Below, in pieces: positions 49,341-59,744 of a DNA stretch of 64,000 bases (position 1 is its first letter; each line of letters starts with the position of its first letter). Position numbers and translations under genes: made by a program. Origin of the DNA: a virus. Its lineage: Duplodnaviria; Caudoviricetes. The notes under the pieces were generated by a model, which made no database searches, was not told where the DNA came from, and saw only the letters and a list, made by a program, of their open reading frames with translations. The stretch lies in the IMG/VR virus record IMGVR_UViG_2713897050_000002, positions 6,518-70,517 of that record; one strand, given 5' to 3'.

Positions 49341-49712
49341 TCATCGGCCATGGTCGTGACTCCCTGGTCCAAGGTTCGGCTCCTGAGTGTGGGGTCCGAT
49401 GTTGCCGAACTGTGGGTCTACTCCGGTACCGCAGACACACGAGTGACACCGGTTGCCGGTGAAGACGCATTGGGGTGAGTGCCCGCGCGGTGTGGGCACG
49501 ATGCTGTAGCCGGCGTCCGTCAGCTTCGACACCACATGCGCAGCGTGGATGCGGCGTAGATGCGATTCAGTGTCTTCGTCGGTCGGATCAACCTTCACTT
49601 CCCAGCCGCAAACGCACGCAACCCACCTAACGGGCGCATCTTCCCTGATCAGCCAGGCAGCCTTGCGAAGTGCGTGTTCCGCGATGATGTGTGTGGGGTT
49701 TCCTGCGCTCAC
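49341..49712 (-). CDS. Modular hypothetical protein
   Basis: NPTHIIAE...AAHVVSKLTDAGYSIVP module. Confidence 0.6.
   Translation of the reverse strand: MSAGNPTHIIAEHALRKAAWLIREDAPVRWVACVCGWEVKVDPTDEDTESHLRRIHAAHVVSKLTDAGYSIVPTPRGHSPQCVFTGNRCHSCVCGTGVDPQFGNIGPHTQEPNLGPGSHDHGR
49493..49545. repeat. 53-bp exact repeat, copy 2
   Basis: Identical to 43515-43567. Confidence 0.95.
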
Positions 49713-49932
49713 AACACCACCCCCGACAAACCCGGTTCGACACCACGGCAGGGGTACGAGCACGGTTCACCGTGGGGCTCAGCGCTGTACCCGTACGGCT
49801 CGATCTCGCAAGTGTTCTTCCCGCGGAAGTTGCCGGGGTGGAACCATGCTTGCCCGTTCGCGTGCGGTGCAATATCCATGCCGCAGTGCTTGCACTTCAA
49901 CCCAACTTCGATGCTCACAACACCACCCCCGA
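49707..49932. repeat. 20-bp direct repeats (49707-49726 and 49913-49932) bracketing one small gene
   Basis: GCTCACAACACCACCCCCGA twice. Confidence 0.9.
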
Positions 49933-50237
49933 AGCCTCGGGGTTGACGAACTCCCACTCGATGTAGTCCTGGCAGAAGATCGTTGTGATCGGCCCCGACA
50001 TGCCTGGCGTGTAGTCGCAGTCATCCAGGTTGTCGAAGCCAGGGCTGGTGCCGTCGTTGTCGAACCAGTCCTGCATCCAGCACCGATCATGCGAAACGAA
50101 CGGGTGTCGGTGGTCGTTGCGGTCCCAGCTCTCACACGTGCAGTCCGGGTACTGGTGGCATTCGGCGTCACGTGTCGCGTTGCAGGTGAATCGGATCTTG
50201 CCCTCGGCGTTGATGACTACGTGGTGCACTTCGGTGC

Positions 50238-50636
50238 TCATGGTGTCTCCTGTGGGTTGAGGGCAGCGAGCACGGCGTCTGCTGCGATGTTCATTCCTTC
50301 AGCCTGTTGCGCGGAACTCAACGGCGTATCCCTCCAACGAGCGGACGCATACCGATCCGCGACATCCCGCACCCTGGCGATGGTGTTGTCGCGTTCCCGC
50401 AACACAGCCAACAACGCCGGAATGTCCGAACGCGCCGCAGATATGAACGCCGCGTCAACTGCCGCACTGCTCTGCGCCACGATCGGCACGAAATCGAACC
50501 CCGGCCCAGGCTCATGTTTCATGGATGCGACATCGCTTACGTGCCCGTACTGCGTCTCACGCTGTACGGCAATCCACGGTCCTTCGGTCGCTGCGTCGGC
50601 TCGGGCTGCGATCGCCGCCAACTCCACGGGGGTCAT
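50238..50636 (-). CDS. Ead/Ea22-like hypothetical protein
   Basis: LAAIAARADAATEGPW...DAAFISAARSDIPALL. Confidence 0.7.
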   Translation of the reverse strand: MTPVELAAIAARADAATEGPWIAVQRETQYGHVSDVASMKHEPGPGFDFVPIVAQSSAAVDAAFISAARSDIPALLAVLRERDNTIARVRDVADRYASARWRDTPLSSAQQAEGMNIAADAVLAALNPQETP

Positions 50637-50844
50637 ACGAGAACCCACTTTCCGTCGGCGTCGAGACGTTGAATGCACTCGGGATACGCCCCGCCATCGA
50701 CCTGCGACGTATACAGGCGATTGAACAGCCACCGCATGTGGTCGGCAGTAACGCTTTCGGCCTGGATGGACTCGGAATAGAACCGGAGATCGGGAACGTC
50801 CCGGTTCGCGGGGTATGGCATTTTCAGCACGAAGCGGTAGGTGT

Positions 50845-51222
50845 TCATGCTTGGCCTCCCGCAGCGCGAGCAGCCCTGGCAGCAGCGAGAAGAGCCAGCC
50901 CGAGATGCTCCATCGACTCCACTGATGTGATGTCGCTCAGTGAACGGTGGGACACACGATCACGGGGAACTCCGACCGTCACGTCGTAGATACCGTCGAG
51001 TGCTGATGCACCGTGGATGCGTGTCTCGCCGTCATCCTCGGGCAACTCCACGATGGCGATGTCGGGGAGGGCAGCAACCACAGACGCCACATGCGCCGGC
51101 TCCCACTCCACACCTACGCACTCAGGGCTGGAACACGCGATACTGTCCGCGCCCCCATAGCGGGGCTGATGCTCTGCGAGTGCGGCCGCGATACGAGCCA
51201 CCACCACGCTTGAATCAATCAT
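50845..51222 (-). CDS. Hypothetical protein
   Basis: GGAGGAG RBS; IAIVELPE...LALLAAAR. Confidence 0.65.
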   Translation of the reverse strand: MIDSSVVVARIAAALAEHQPRYGGADSIACSSPECVGVEWEPAHVASVVAALPDIAIVELPEDDGETRIHGASALDGIYDVTVGVPRDRVSHRSLSDITSVESMEHLGLALLAAARAARAAGGQA

Positions 51223-51342
51223 ATTTACTCCTCCAAAGATTAACGACGCTGGGGACAGGACACGACATGCGCATTGCCGCCCCCAGGGAGACACGTAGCG
51301 CTGACTTTTACACCATCCAGGTCAACTCATACCCGCAGACAA

Positions 51343-52224
51343 TTAGCGGGGCTTAGAATGCGATACAGCCGCCGAAACCAAACGCGCACGATTCTCGCGT
51401 GCCCACCCCGGCCACTCCACCTTCAAACGCTCAAACCGTTCACGCGGAGACACATCACCAAAATCAGGATCAAACCTCACACCCGTCAACCGCTCCAAAG
51501 CCTCACGATCACCCGAAGCAATGATCCGATCCACTTGAGACTCCGCAGACGGCACCGACACCACCGAAGGCTTAGCGTGAGTCAGGAAACTGTTGAACGT
51601 CCCGTGCCAATTCTTCTTCTTCACATCACCCACAAACGCCCACTTACGCATAGCCTCCGCAGTCGCCTCCAAATCGACACCCAAGGCATCAGCTTTCGCG
51701 CGGTGAGTCTTCGTAGGCATCCAGTCCTTCGGCAGCAGATGAGCGCCCTTCTTCGGAGCATCTTCAACAGGCGTCTCTCCTTCGGATCGACATATGTTTA
51801 AAAGACTTTCTTTAGAAGATAGAACAGTGAGCAAATTTTGCTCGCGTTCGACAGTTTTCGGTGACAAAACTTGCTCATTCGTAGAGCGTCCATTTCCTGC
51901 CACCAAAACCCTGTAAGACTTGGTCTGATCCGACCACCCATGCTCAGAATGAACGCGGGATTCGATCATCCCTGCAGCCTCAAGATTCGTGAGTGCGGAA
52001 GTCAACGTTCGGCGGGTAACCTTCATCTCCGTCGCCCACTCGCCAGTCCCCTTCCGCCACCACAAGCCGTCCGCATCTTCGATTACGGTTTTGTTTTCGG
52101 TGGAGCATCGGAATTGGATGGTTGCGATTATGTATGCGTCACGCAAACCGATCTTCTGGATGAGCGTTGGGGTGACGGGGATGAAGTAGTCGAGCGACAC
52201 ATCCCGCGGGGTGAGCGGGCTCAC
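51343..52224 (-). CDS. Replication initiator (winged HTH)
   Basis: WATEMKVTRRTLTSALTNLEAAGMI HTH; LPKDWMP...KKNWHGTF C-domain; AT-rich internal region. Confidence 0.8.
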   Translation of the reverse strand: MSPLTPRDVSLDYFIPVTPTLIQKIGLRDAYIIATIQFRCSTENKTVIEDADGLWWRKGTGEWATEMKVTRRTLTSALTNLEAAGMIESRVHSEHGWSDQTKSYRVLVAGNGRSTNEQVLSPKTVEREQNLLTVLSSKESLLNICRSEGETPVEDAPKKGAHLLPKDWMPTKTHRAKADALGVDLEATAEAMRKWAFVGDVKKKNWHGTFNSFLTHAKPSVVSVPSAESQVDRIIASGDREALERLTGVRFDPDFGDVSPRERFERLKVEWPGWARENRARLVSAAVSHSKPR

Positions 52225-52709
52225 GGGATGCTCCGTTCAACCACCGCGCGAAGTTGAGCCTCCAAGCCAGGAGACGAAGACAGCACGTCGGCAATCATCG
52301 AGCCGCCCGACGCGTACCGTTCTTCCATGACGCAAGCCAGCCGATCGTAGAAGCCCGACGTTTTAGCTTCTATGGCGCGAACGTCTACGACCTCGAATCC
52401 GGCCGCTTCCAACTGTTCGATTACATGATCGCCGTGCCGGGTGTTCCCTTTCACCCAATTGCATCCACAACCACCGTCTCTGCTTTCGCGGTGGTGGCTT
52501 ACAATGTTTCCCGGCGTACGCTCATATTCATTCCGGCTAGCAACTACCACAACTTCACCCTTCCTCAACCCTCAACTTTTTAAGCCGCTCCTCCAACACC
52601 AGCGACATCCCCCACAACTCCGCCAACACCACCGGATCAGCATCCAAATTCGCGCCAACCCAAGCCGTAATCGCATCCATCTCATCCAGCAAACCCTGTA
52701 CCTGACTAC

Positions 52710-53072
52710 TCAATCCGGCAACTGGTAGCCCCCAAACATGTCGAGCATCTTCCACGTCCCACGCGCCCTCACAGGCACTAGCGCAGGATCGCCGTGTTGC
52801 GGGACCAGCCAGCCGTCATCGAGTGCCTGTGTGCGATGTGATTCGATGTGTGCGTGGCAGGGGTGGCAGAGGTCTACGAGGCTGTAGACGGCGTTGGTGG
52901 ATTCGCGCCGTGTCGAGCCCATGCCTCTGGCTCGACGATGGTGTAGCTGTTGGCCTTCATGCCAGCCGCAGCGTTCACAAATACCGCCGCTTCTGGCCCG
53001 GACAAGCTCCACTGTTGCCTTGTCCGGGCCTGTCTTACGCGCCACGAGCCGCGAACGCGACAATGAGCACAC
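52710..53072 (-). CDS. HNH endonuclease
   Basis: RSGGICERC..QLHHRRAR..LCHPCHAHIE. Confidence 0.85.
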   Translation of the reverse strand: MCSLSRSRLVARKTGPDKATVELVRARSGGICERCGWHEGQQLHHRRARGMGSTRRESTNAVYSLVDLCHPCHAHIESHRTQALDDGWLVPQHGDPALVPVRARGTWKMLDMFGGYQLPD

Positions 53073-53219
53073 ACACGCCGACCCACATGGCCGCGAACCC
53101 GCACTTGCCGATCAGCTCCAGTGTGTCGTCAGCCCATGACCACAGTGATGCAAGGGCAGCAGTCGCGCCGGCAAGAAACACCAACAACCCGATCCACTCC
53201 CACACACCAAACACCACAG

Positions 53220-53774
53220 TCACTTCGCATCCAATTCAAAACCCGTACGGATAGTCCCAGGCGGCACATGAATCTCATTGACCTCGCCACGATCCGACAG
53301 GCACGATGCAAACCACGGGGCCGACAACTCGCAACCCGCAAAACGCACCAAATACGGCTCCGACGCATCCTCAAACACCTTCACCCCGGCAGCCTCAACC
53401 GCAACCAACTCACGCGACCCGCCAGAAGCCTCATAGAACGTGTAAGTCGGCTTCCCGTCAATGGTGCCTATGCCGAGGAAGAACGAGCCTCCTGCGACCG
53501 TTGAGTCCTGCAACGCGAGAATCTGGCTGGACTCGTAGAAGTCGGTGTGATCCATCAGCAGGTTTGCTATGCCCGCGGTGCCCATTATTGCGGACAACCA
53601 CACGGCACCTCCAAACGCGAGCGTGCACACGGTTCCGATAGCCCAATCGAAGAAGTCGTACGAATCCACGTAAACCATTCGGAGTGCCGCTACAACGCCA
53701 ACCCCAACAACAACCGTCACAATCCACTCAAGCAAACTCATAAACTCAAACACCCCAATCACGCATCCAACCAA
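53220..53774 (-). CDS. Membrane protein
   Basis: Two N-terminal TM segments; GSFFLGIGTI motif. Confidence 0.6.
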   Translation of the reverse strand: MVGCVIGVFEFMSLLEWIVTVVVGVGVVAALRMVYVDSYDFFDWAIGTVCTLAFGGAVWLSAIMGTAGIANLLMDHTDFYESSQILALQDSTVAGGSFFLGIGTIDGKPTYTFYEASGGSRELVAVEAAGVKVFEDASEPYLVRFAGCELSAPWFASCLSDRGEVNEIHVPPGTIRTGFELDAK

Positions 53775-54003
53775 TAATGGACGCTCGCCGCGAACTGCCG
53801 GTCATCCAACACATTCCGCCGATGATCCGCCGCCACACCACGCAATGCCTCCAACGGAATACGCGACTGCGCCGCCATATTCTCAGCGATCCGCACACGG
53901 TCACGCACACCGTCCACATAATCGAGCAACACATGCGCCTTATGCGGAGACAAACCAAACTCGGACAGTAGGCGGAGGTTCGTCAACTGCTCCTCAGTGA
54001 CCG

Positions 54004-54678
54004 TCACGACAACACCTCCGTAAACGGAGCAAAAGCGTCGCTGATTTGACTAGTCCCACGATGGCCAGGCTCCTCGGCTTGAAAGATCCCGTTATGGCGC
54101 ACCACATACCTGTCGCCAGTGTTGTCTACGTAAGTGACACCTACAGGGATATCGGCTGACGTTGCCCACTGGCGCGGCTCGGGCAAAACTTCCGTCAATG
54201 GAAGCTCGCTGTCCGCCCATCCTTTACCCGTGTCATGCGGCAGGAACCCGTACCCGTCCTTCGGGTAGCCGAACCCACCATCATCAGGGAAATGCGGAAA
54301 CACTTTGCCGCTAGGCGTCTTGACCGCGTTCACGTCATCCGGGATCACATCGCCCCGATGGAATACGCGCGGCTCCGCATCCACCCTCGCGAAACGTGCT
54401 CGCTCTTCACCCGCAACATGAGCACGAGCCGCTGCTGCCATACGCAACCACTGCCCAGGCACCGACGAATACTTCGCATAATGCACCTCACCATCATCGT
54501 GATACGCGGTACGCAACGCAGACGCCAAAGCCGCATCTGTGCCGAACTCCGCGGCATACGACACCTTCATGTCGTCGGCACGCTTCAGCAGTGTTTCCGC
54601 CGCCGCATCATCAGCATGATCATCAAAAGCGCGCACCCACTCCGCAACTTCTTCAATCATTTCCGGTGTAATTGTCAT
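54004..54678 (-). CDS. Hypothetical protein with two copies of the APFTEV-type domain
   Basis: LPLTEV and APFTEVL endings. Confidence 0.6.
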   Translation of the reverse strand: MTITPEMIEEVAEWVRAFDDHADDAAAETLLKRADDMKVSYAAEFGTDAALASALRTAYHDDGEVHYAKYSSVPGQWLRMAAAARAHVAGEERARFARVDAEPRVFHRGDVIPDDVNAVKTPSGKVFPHFPDDGGFGYPKDGYGFLPHDTGKGWADSELPLTEVLPEPRQWATSADIPVGVTYVDNTGDRYVVRHNGIFQAEEPGHRGTSQISDAFAPFTEVLS

Positions 54679-55184
54679 CGCTGCCCCTGCCCCGAGATAT
54701 TGATTTCCGCGCGCAAGTTCGTTGCACGAGTGCGCAAACTGTCCAACTCCTGCGAATACGACTTCACACGCTCCTGCAAATACTTGAACGCCACATCCGC
54801 AACCCGAAACGCATCACGCTCAGACGAAGTCGCCACAGTCACATGCGCCTTCCGCGCTAACTCATTACGCAGGCCCAGCCCTGCCGCTTCCACAGCCGCA
54901 CGAGCCTCCGCCAACGACAAAGCCTCCTGCGCCGCCTGCTGCCGCTCACGCTCCTGCCGCAACACCGTAGGAGCCTCCTGAAACTTCTGCTCCAACTCCA
55001 TCAACCGCGCATTCACATACGCCGGCGTTGACGGGTCCAATTGCTCCGAAAGTGGAGTCACCTCTTGGCCAGTCATACCCACCACTTCCCCGTAAAGAAC
55101 TTGATCGCACACAACGCGATACCAGCTCCAATGACGAAGCCAAGCAGCATCGCGAGCGGGAGGAATACAACTAGGATCACCGCG

Positions 55185-55823
55185 TCACTCACCGCCACCA
55201 CTCCTCAACGCATCCACCGTCCGCTGCAACAACGCAACATCAGTGCACTCCGAGATTTTTCCTGCCCCACCCAACTCGACAAACTTGGCCAACGCCGCAT
55301 CCTTCGTCGTCTCGCCAGCCACAGCCATACGAACAATCCGCGACTGTAACAACTCGTGAGCAGGAGCCTCACGCTCCACATACTCCGAATCCGGGTCAGG
55401 CTCATCAGTCGGCAAATTGAACACCTGCAAAAGCGCAGTACGGTAAGCAACCGACATCATCTTGGCCGTTGCCTTGTCCGCAAAATCAGTGGCCTCAGCA
55501 ACCACAGTCGCCGAAATACTGTCACCGCTTGGACCTGTAAACACATACTCGACCGTGCCGATTACCCACGCCTGCCGCTTACCATTACCCGATGTAATCT
55601 CTCGGTGCTCGGAAGCCTTCACGTTCGGCCGAACAATCAGACCGTGCTCGCGGATAGCAGGGGCGAGAGCGTTTACCACCGCATCGACGCCGCGGAATGA
55701 AAAGTTCTGCGATGTATTGCGGCCATCCTTACCGACATGCTTGACCGACCGCATAACCTCCGTGATCACCTGCTGCACAGACAACACCACAGGCGGATCA
55801 GTAGGAATAAATGGTTCACTCAT
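55185..55823 (-). CDS. ERF family ssDNA-annealing protein
   Basis: KDGRN..FSFRGVD..DKATAKMMSVAYRTALL..LPTDEPDPD. Confidence 0.9.
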   Translation of the reverse strand: MSEPFIPTDPPVVLSVQQVITEVMRSVKHVGKDGRNTSQNFSFRGVDAVVNALAPAIREHGLIVRPNVKASEHREITSGNGKRQAWVIGTVEYVFTGPSGDSISATVVAEATDFADKATAKMMSVAYRTALLQVFNLPTDEPDPDSEYVEREAPAHELLQSRIVRMAVAGETTKDAALAKFVELGGAGKISECTDVALLQRTVDALRSGGGE

Positions 55824-56218
55824 TTCGACACCAACTCCAGCTCTGCCGGCGACACCGCAGCATCAGCCAACTCCACAGCCACACCCCACGGCTTGAAATC
55901 ATCCTGCTCATCCTGAAACTTCACAGCCCACGAGACGACCGCAGCCGGCAAACCCAACCCCAACTGCTTCTCCAAGTCCGCGAACCCAACCAGCGACACA
56001 TCCAGTTTGTGCGGTTCGACTCCGAGTTCTATGAGAACTATTCCTAGGGGGCATGATCCGACTAGTTCACCGTTGTCGTCGCGCACTACGTATTGGTGTT
56101 CTAGTTCGATGTCTTGCCCGGTTTCTTCGTCGTATTCGGTGGGGAGTGAATAGACTTTCTCGGGTTGTTTCGCGGCGATGTTGCGGATTGTTGCTACAAA
56201 CGCTTTCGGATCAATCAT
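55820..56218 (-). CDS. Hypothetical protein
   Basis: Coupled ORF; FQDEQD..WGVA. Confidence 0.6.
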   Translation of the reverse strand: MIDPKAFVATIRNIAAKQPEKVYSLPTEYDEETGQDIELEHQYVVRDDNGELVGSCPLGIVLIELGVEPHKLDVSLVGFADLEKQLGLGLPAAVVSWAVKFQDEQDDFKPWGVAVELADAAVSPAELELVSK

Positions 56219-56439
56219 GAGAGTCCTTCTCTTTCCAGATGGCGCAAAAGCTTGTCCAGCTGGTCACGCAAATCAACTGCTGCGTGCCAGGACATGTAGA
56301 GGCCGTCACCGTTGTCATCGACGTGGTAGACCTGGACATCAGGCTTGAACTGTCCCGCGTCACACTCAACAGACGTGTAATCGCCTTCGTTGGTGTCACC
56401 CCAGTTGTATCGCTTCTTCATTACGCATCTCCTATGTAG

Positions 56440-58104
56440 TTAACTGTCTTTTCGGGGTGCTTCCTGCGAGGTGTCCCACGACCACAACCTGCGCGCAGCC
56501 GGGCCAAACACATGCGGAGCCAACACAGCCAACTGCCGGCCCACTTCTTGCGCCAACAACCGAATCTCCGCATCCGCCGCAACATCATCACGCTTCTGCA
56601 AAAACTCGATCCACGACCGATAATTACCTGTCACCACAATGCGGGTCTCCGTATTCGACGGAAGAAACGACCGCGCCGCCTCCCGCGCCTTCTTCCCGCG
56701 CACACCAGCAGACTTCGCACGAGACACATACGAGCCATACGAATCCAAAGCGACATCGCGTGCCCGCTGCAGCCACAACCAATCCCCATTGCCGAACGCA
56801 GGTGGCCGCACAATCGACAAGTTCGCGGCATCCACGTAACGCTGGGAGACCTCAGAGTTGTGGACAACCATGCCATTGGCGACGAAGTTCTTATTCTCGT
56901 CCGCCATCTCGATGTCATAAGTCTGCTCTTCGCCTACGTACTTGATACTTACTATCTTGCTCTTGTAAGTTCGCATCGAAGGAGTCCCGACGGTTTTCGC
57001 ATGGTGGCACGGCACACATAACGGCTGAATATTGGACGCTTCATTGTTCATCGGGTTGCCGTCAATATGATCCAACTCAATGAAAGCATCAACATCTCCG
57101 CACAAACGGCATGGCTCCACCCTTAGATGCGCAAACTTTTTATTGCTGACTGCATGTCCGTTTTTCCAGTTGCTGAAGTTCCTTGGCCTAGCACGCTGTG
57201 CAGCCGCACTCATGTTCGCTCGGGCTACGTCAGAGAAGGGGCCGATCTTATACTCGCCAGCAAGGCCTTTGTTCCAAGGTTCCCAGCCGCTATGGTTTCC
57301 GCCACTTGGAGCCGAGATCCCTAGAATGCTCCGACGCTTCCGGATCAGCTCTTTACTGCATCCCGCCGCGGCCGCAATCTGTGGAGTTGTCAATCCGGCT
57401 GCCGCCCGCTCCCTGATCCAATCATCGTCCAGTTCAACACGAATCCCGTTGACCAGAATTTCATCTCCGACAGATAGGTCGCCTAGCCGCGCGAAGGAAT
57501 CAGATCCAGCGTCAACCATGTATCGGTGGTCAAGAGTCGACTTCACTGAGTACCCGTTTGCAGTAGTGACCTCGTAGATGGGCTTGACTCCCGAGGCTGT
57601 CACTTCCTTTACGTGACCGTGTACGACGTGCCCCTGTTTGTTGACCGACCTGATTGTCATGGTTTTGACGTAGGTTCTACGCCGGTCCTGCCACATTTCC
57701 CACAGTTGTTCCAGCGTGCGGGTCTGCGAGGGTTGCGTCTTTTCGGTGCGTACCTCGCCAGGCTTGTACTTGTTCGGCCTGTCTAGATAGACCTTCGTGT
57801 CGCCCGCCATGCAGTAGGACATATGCCGATGACGGATCAGCTCGTGGGTGAGGTTCCGTGAAACCCCAGTGATATAAAACGAAGCCGACGCGTGCTCGAC
57901 AACGCTCAGATGCCTACTGCTTAGCAGATTTGCGATATACGCCTGATTGGTAGCCGTTGCCGGATTAGGCTTACGGAAAGCCAGGTAGCAGCTCCGGCCG
58001 GAAACCTCTATCACATGCTGCGCATCATCAGGGGCCAATGTTTCGTCTGGAGTGAACCCGTCGACACCATGAAACTGTGTAGACGCAATCAACTGCACTC
58101 TCAA
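56440..58104 (-). CDS. thyX: Flavin-dependent thymidylate synthase ThyX precursor containing an intein
   Basis: GRSCY, HLSVVEH, SRNLTHELIRHRHMSY|SEVSQRY, REAARSFLP, TGNYRSW, ADAEIR. Confidence 0.95.
   Translation of the reverse strand: MRVQLIASTQFHGVDGFTPDETLAPDDAQHVIEVSGRSCYLAFRKPNPATATNQAYIANLLSSRHLSVVEHASASFYITGVSRNLTHELIRHRHMSYCMAGDTKVYLDRPNKYKPGEVRTEKTQPSQTRTLEQLWEMWQDRRRTYVKTMTIRSVNKQGHVVHGHVKEVTASGVKPIYEVTTANGYSVKSTLDHRYMVDAGSDSFARLGDLSVGDEILVNGIRVELDDDWIRERAAAGLTTPQIAAAAGCSKELIRKRRSILGISAPSGGNHSGWEPWNKGLAGEYKIGPFSDVARANMSAAAQRARPRNFSNWKNGHAVSNKKFAHLRVEPCRLCGDVDAFIELDHIDGNPMNNEASNIQPLCVPCHHAKTVGTPSMRTYKSKIVSIKYVGEEQTYDIEMADENKNFVANGMVVHNSEVSQRYVDAANLSIVRPPAFGNGDWLWLQRARDVALDSYGSYVSRAKSAGVRGKKAREAARSFLPSNTETRIVVTGNYRSWIEFLQKRDDVAADAEIRLLAQEVGRQLAVLAPHVFGPAARRLWSWDTSQEAPRKDS
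56857..57813 (-). mobile_element. Intein (319 aa) with HNH endonuclease
   Basis: Starts C(MAGDTKV), TLDH block B, YDIEM..NFVANG..VHN end, +1 Ser; internal CRLC..ELDHIDGNPMNN..LCVPCH. Confidence 0.93.
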
Positions 58105-58306
58105 GGCTTCTCCTCGGAAGTGGTCAGAGGCTCGCCGTTCGCGATGCACGTAGCCGCCTCCGCAAAACGGGCGATGAAAGTCGCGCGGGCCATTGACGCA
58201 TCCTCTTCTGCGACCCGCACTACCGTTCCTTCAGGGCCAATGGCTTTAACTGCGTGCGCAGCAACCGCGTTAGCTAGGTCGGTCGTATTCTGCATTTCGT
58301 TATTCT

Positions 58307-59200
58307 TCATTTGATTGCCTCACTGATATCTACAACGTCATGCTCGAAGGTCGCCCACTCAGTGCCAGTCCAGTGATGAACACGCAACCCCTTCACAACC
58401 TGGCCGTGCGTCTGCAAAATGTTGGCGTAGAAAGAAAGCTGTAACCAATACGCACCCAGTGTCGTGTTAGGAACTACGCCCTTAAACGGTGCACCGATTG
58501 TTTCCTTTTTCGTCAGGTCCGTATTCGTCTTGAAATCTTCCACGAAAATTCCGTTGTCCTCGATTACGAGGCGGTCGATTTGCCCACAGTGCTTTAGCGT
58601 GGGGTCGGCCACAAACACTTCATACTCAGCGCGCTCCGCTGCATGTTCGGCGAAGAATGCTTGGACGATCGGCCGGAGAATCAGATTCTTGGTGAGCGCC
58701 GACTCATCGGTACCCTTCACTGCCTCCGACGTGGACAAGTACTTGCCGTACAACTCCAACGCTGCATGCACGGATGATCCGACGAGCGAGGATGCCTCAG
58801 CATTTTTGGACCACATGTCCAATATCTGCCCGACCTCGACGCCCGACTTCGCGGCCATCTTCCCCGCAATCAACTCCGCAGGAAACGACCCCTTGAACTG
58901 GCCGGCAAACGCAGACCCTGACAACCATTTGCCGGGGCTGTACACGTGCTGTATTGGATCGAAGTTGACTACCGTCCCGCTAGCCCAGCAAACAAGTGGC
59001 ACGCCGGGAGAAGCCTGCGCAGTCGGTTCATCGCGCAACTGCAACGGCTTATCCGCGACCGAATCCCACACCCGCTTCATCGTCTCCAACGCCGTCGACA
59101 TCGCGGCATCAACCGTGTCGCCCTCAACCTCGAATGACGGTTGCAGATTCGCGTATTGAGCGACGGGGATGGTTGCGGAGAGTGTGACTTTGGCTGTCAC
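58307..59200 (-). CDS. PD-(D/E)XK exonuclease (Cas4/RecE-like)
   Basis: GSSVH, CGQIDRL, VEDFKT, YWLQLSFYA. Confidence 0.88.
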   Translation of the reverse strand: MTAKVTLSATIPVAQYANLQPSFEVEGDTVDAAMSTALETMKRVWDSVADKPLQLRDEPTAQASPGVPLVCWASGTVVNFDPIQHVYSPGKWLSGSAFAGQFKGSFPAELIAGKMAAKSGVEVGQILDMWSKNAEASSLVGSSVHAALELYGKYLSTSEAVKGTDESALTKNLILRPIVQAFFAEHAAERAEYEVFVADPTLKHCGQIDRLVIEDNGIFVEDFKTNTDLTKKETIGAPFKGVVPNTTLGAYWLQLSFYANILQTHGQVVKGLRVHHWTGTEWATFEHDVVDISEAIK

Positions 59201-59744
59201 AGGTCACCTACGGGCACAGTCAACGGAAAATCGCTCATATCCCACGCACCATTACCATCGGGTCCAGTTTCGTTGGTCCCCCACGCTGCACCGTCGCCGA
59301 AACCATGCTCGTTGTAGCGGGTGAGGATTTCTCCTGTGGCGGTTTGGATGACTGCGACTGTGGCGGGAATGTAGTCGCCTGCCGAGTATGTGGTGGTCAT
59401 CAAACACCCGCCTCAACGGCAACGCTGTGCGCCATCTTCTGCTCTAGTTCGTCTGCGGCGACACCCAGAAACTTGTTGATCGCCGCATTGATATTTTCGT
59501 AGAACTGGGACGGCTTAGTCTCTTGCAGATAAGCCGATACCGCCCGAATCATCTCGGGTGTCACATCCTGATAGTTAGCAGTCACAACGAAGCCTTTCAC
59601 ATACACCACACCCGCAAAACGAATGCAGAAATCAGTTTGAAACCAACTGGACAAACGACAACACGCCGCACAACACTGCGACAAACACACCCCAACACAA
59701 CAACAAATCCCAGATATCAGGTTCGCCCGGACCTTGCACACCCA

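Noticed and set aside
43515-49545. 53-bp repeat pair as a diversity-generating retroelement TR/VR
   Set aside because: Copies are identical with no adenine-specific differences, and no reverse transcriptase is present in the window
58307-59200. Cas4 as evidence of a CRISPR system
   Set aside because: Ordinary phage PD-(D/E)XK exonuclease near ERF; lacks the Fe-S cysteine cluster and has no array
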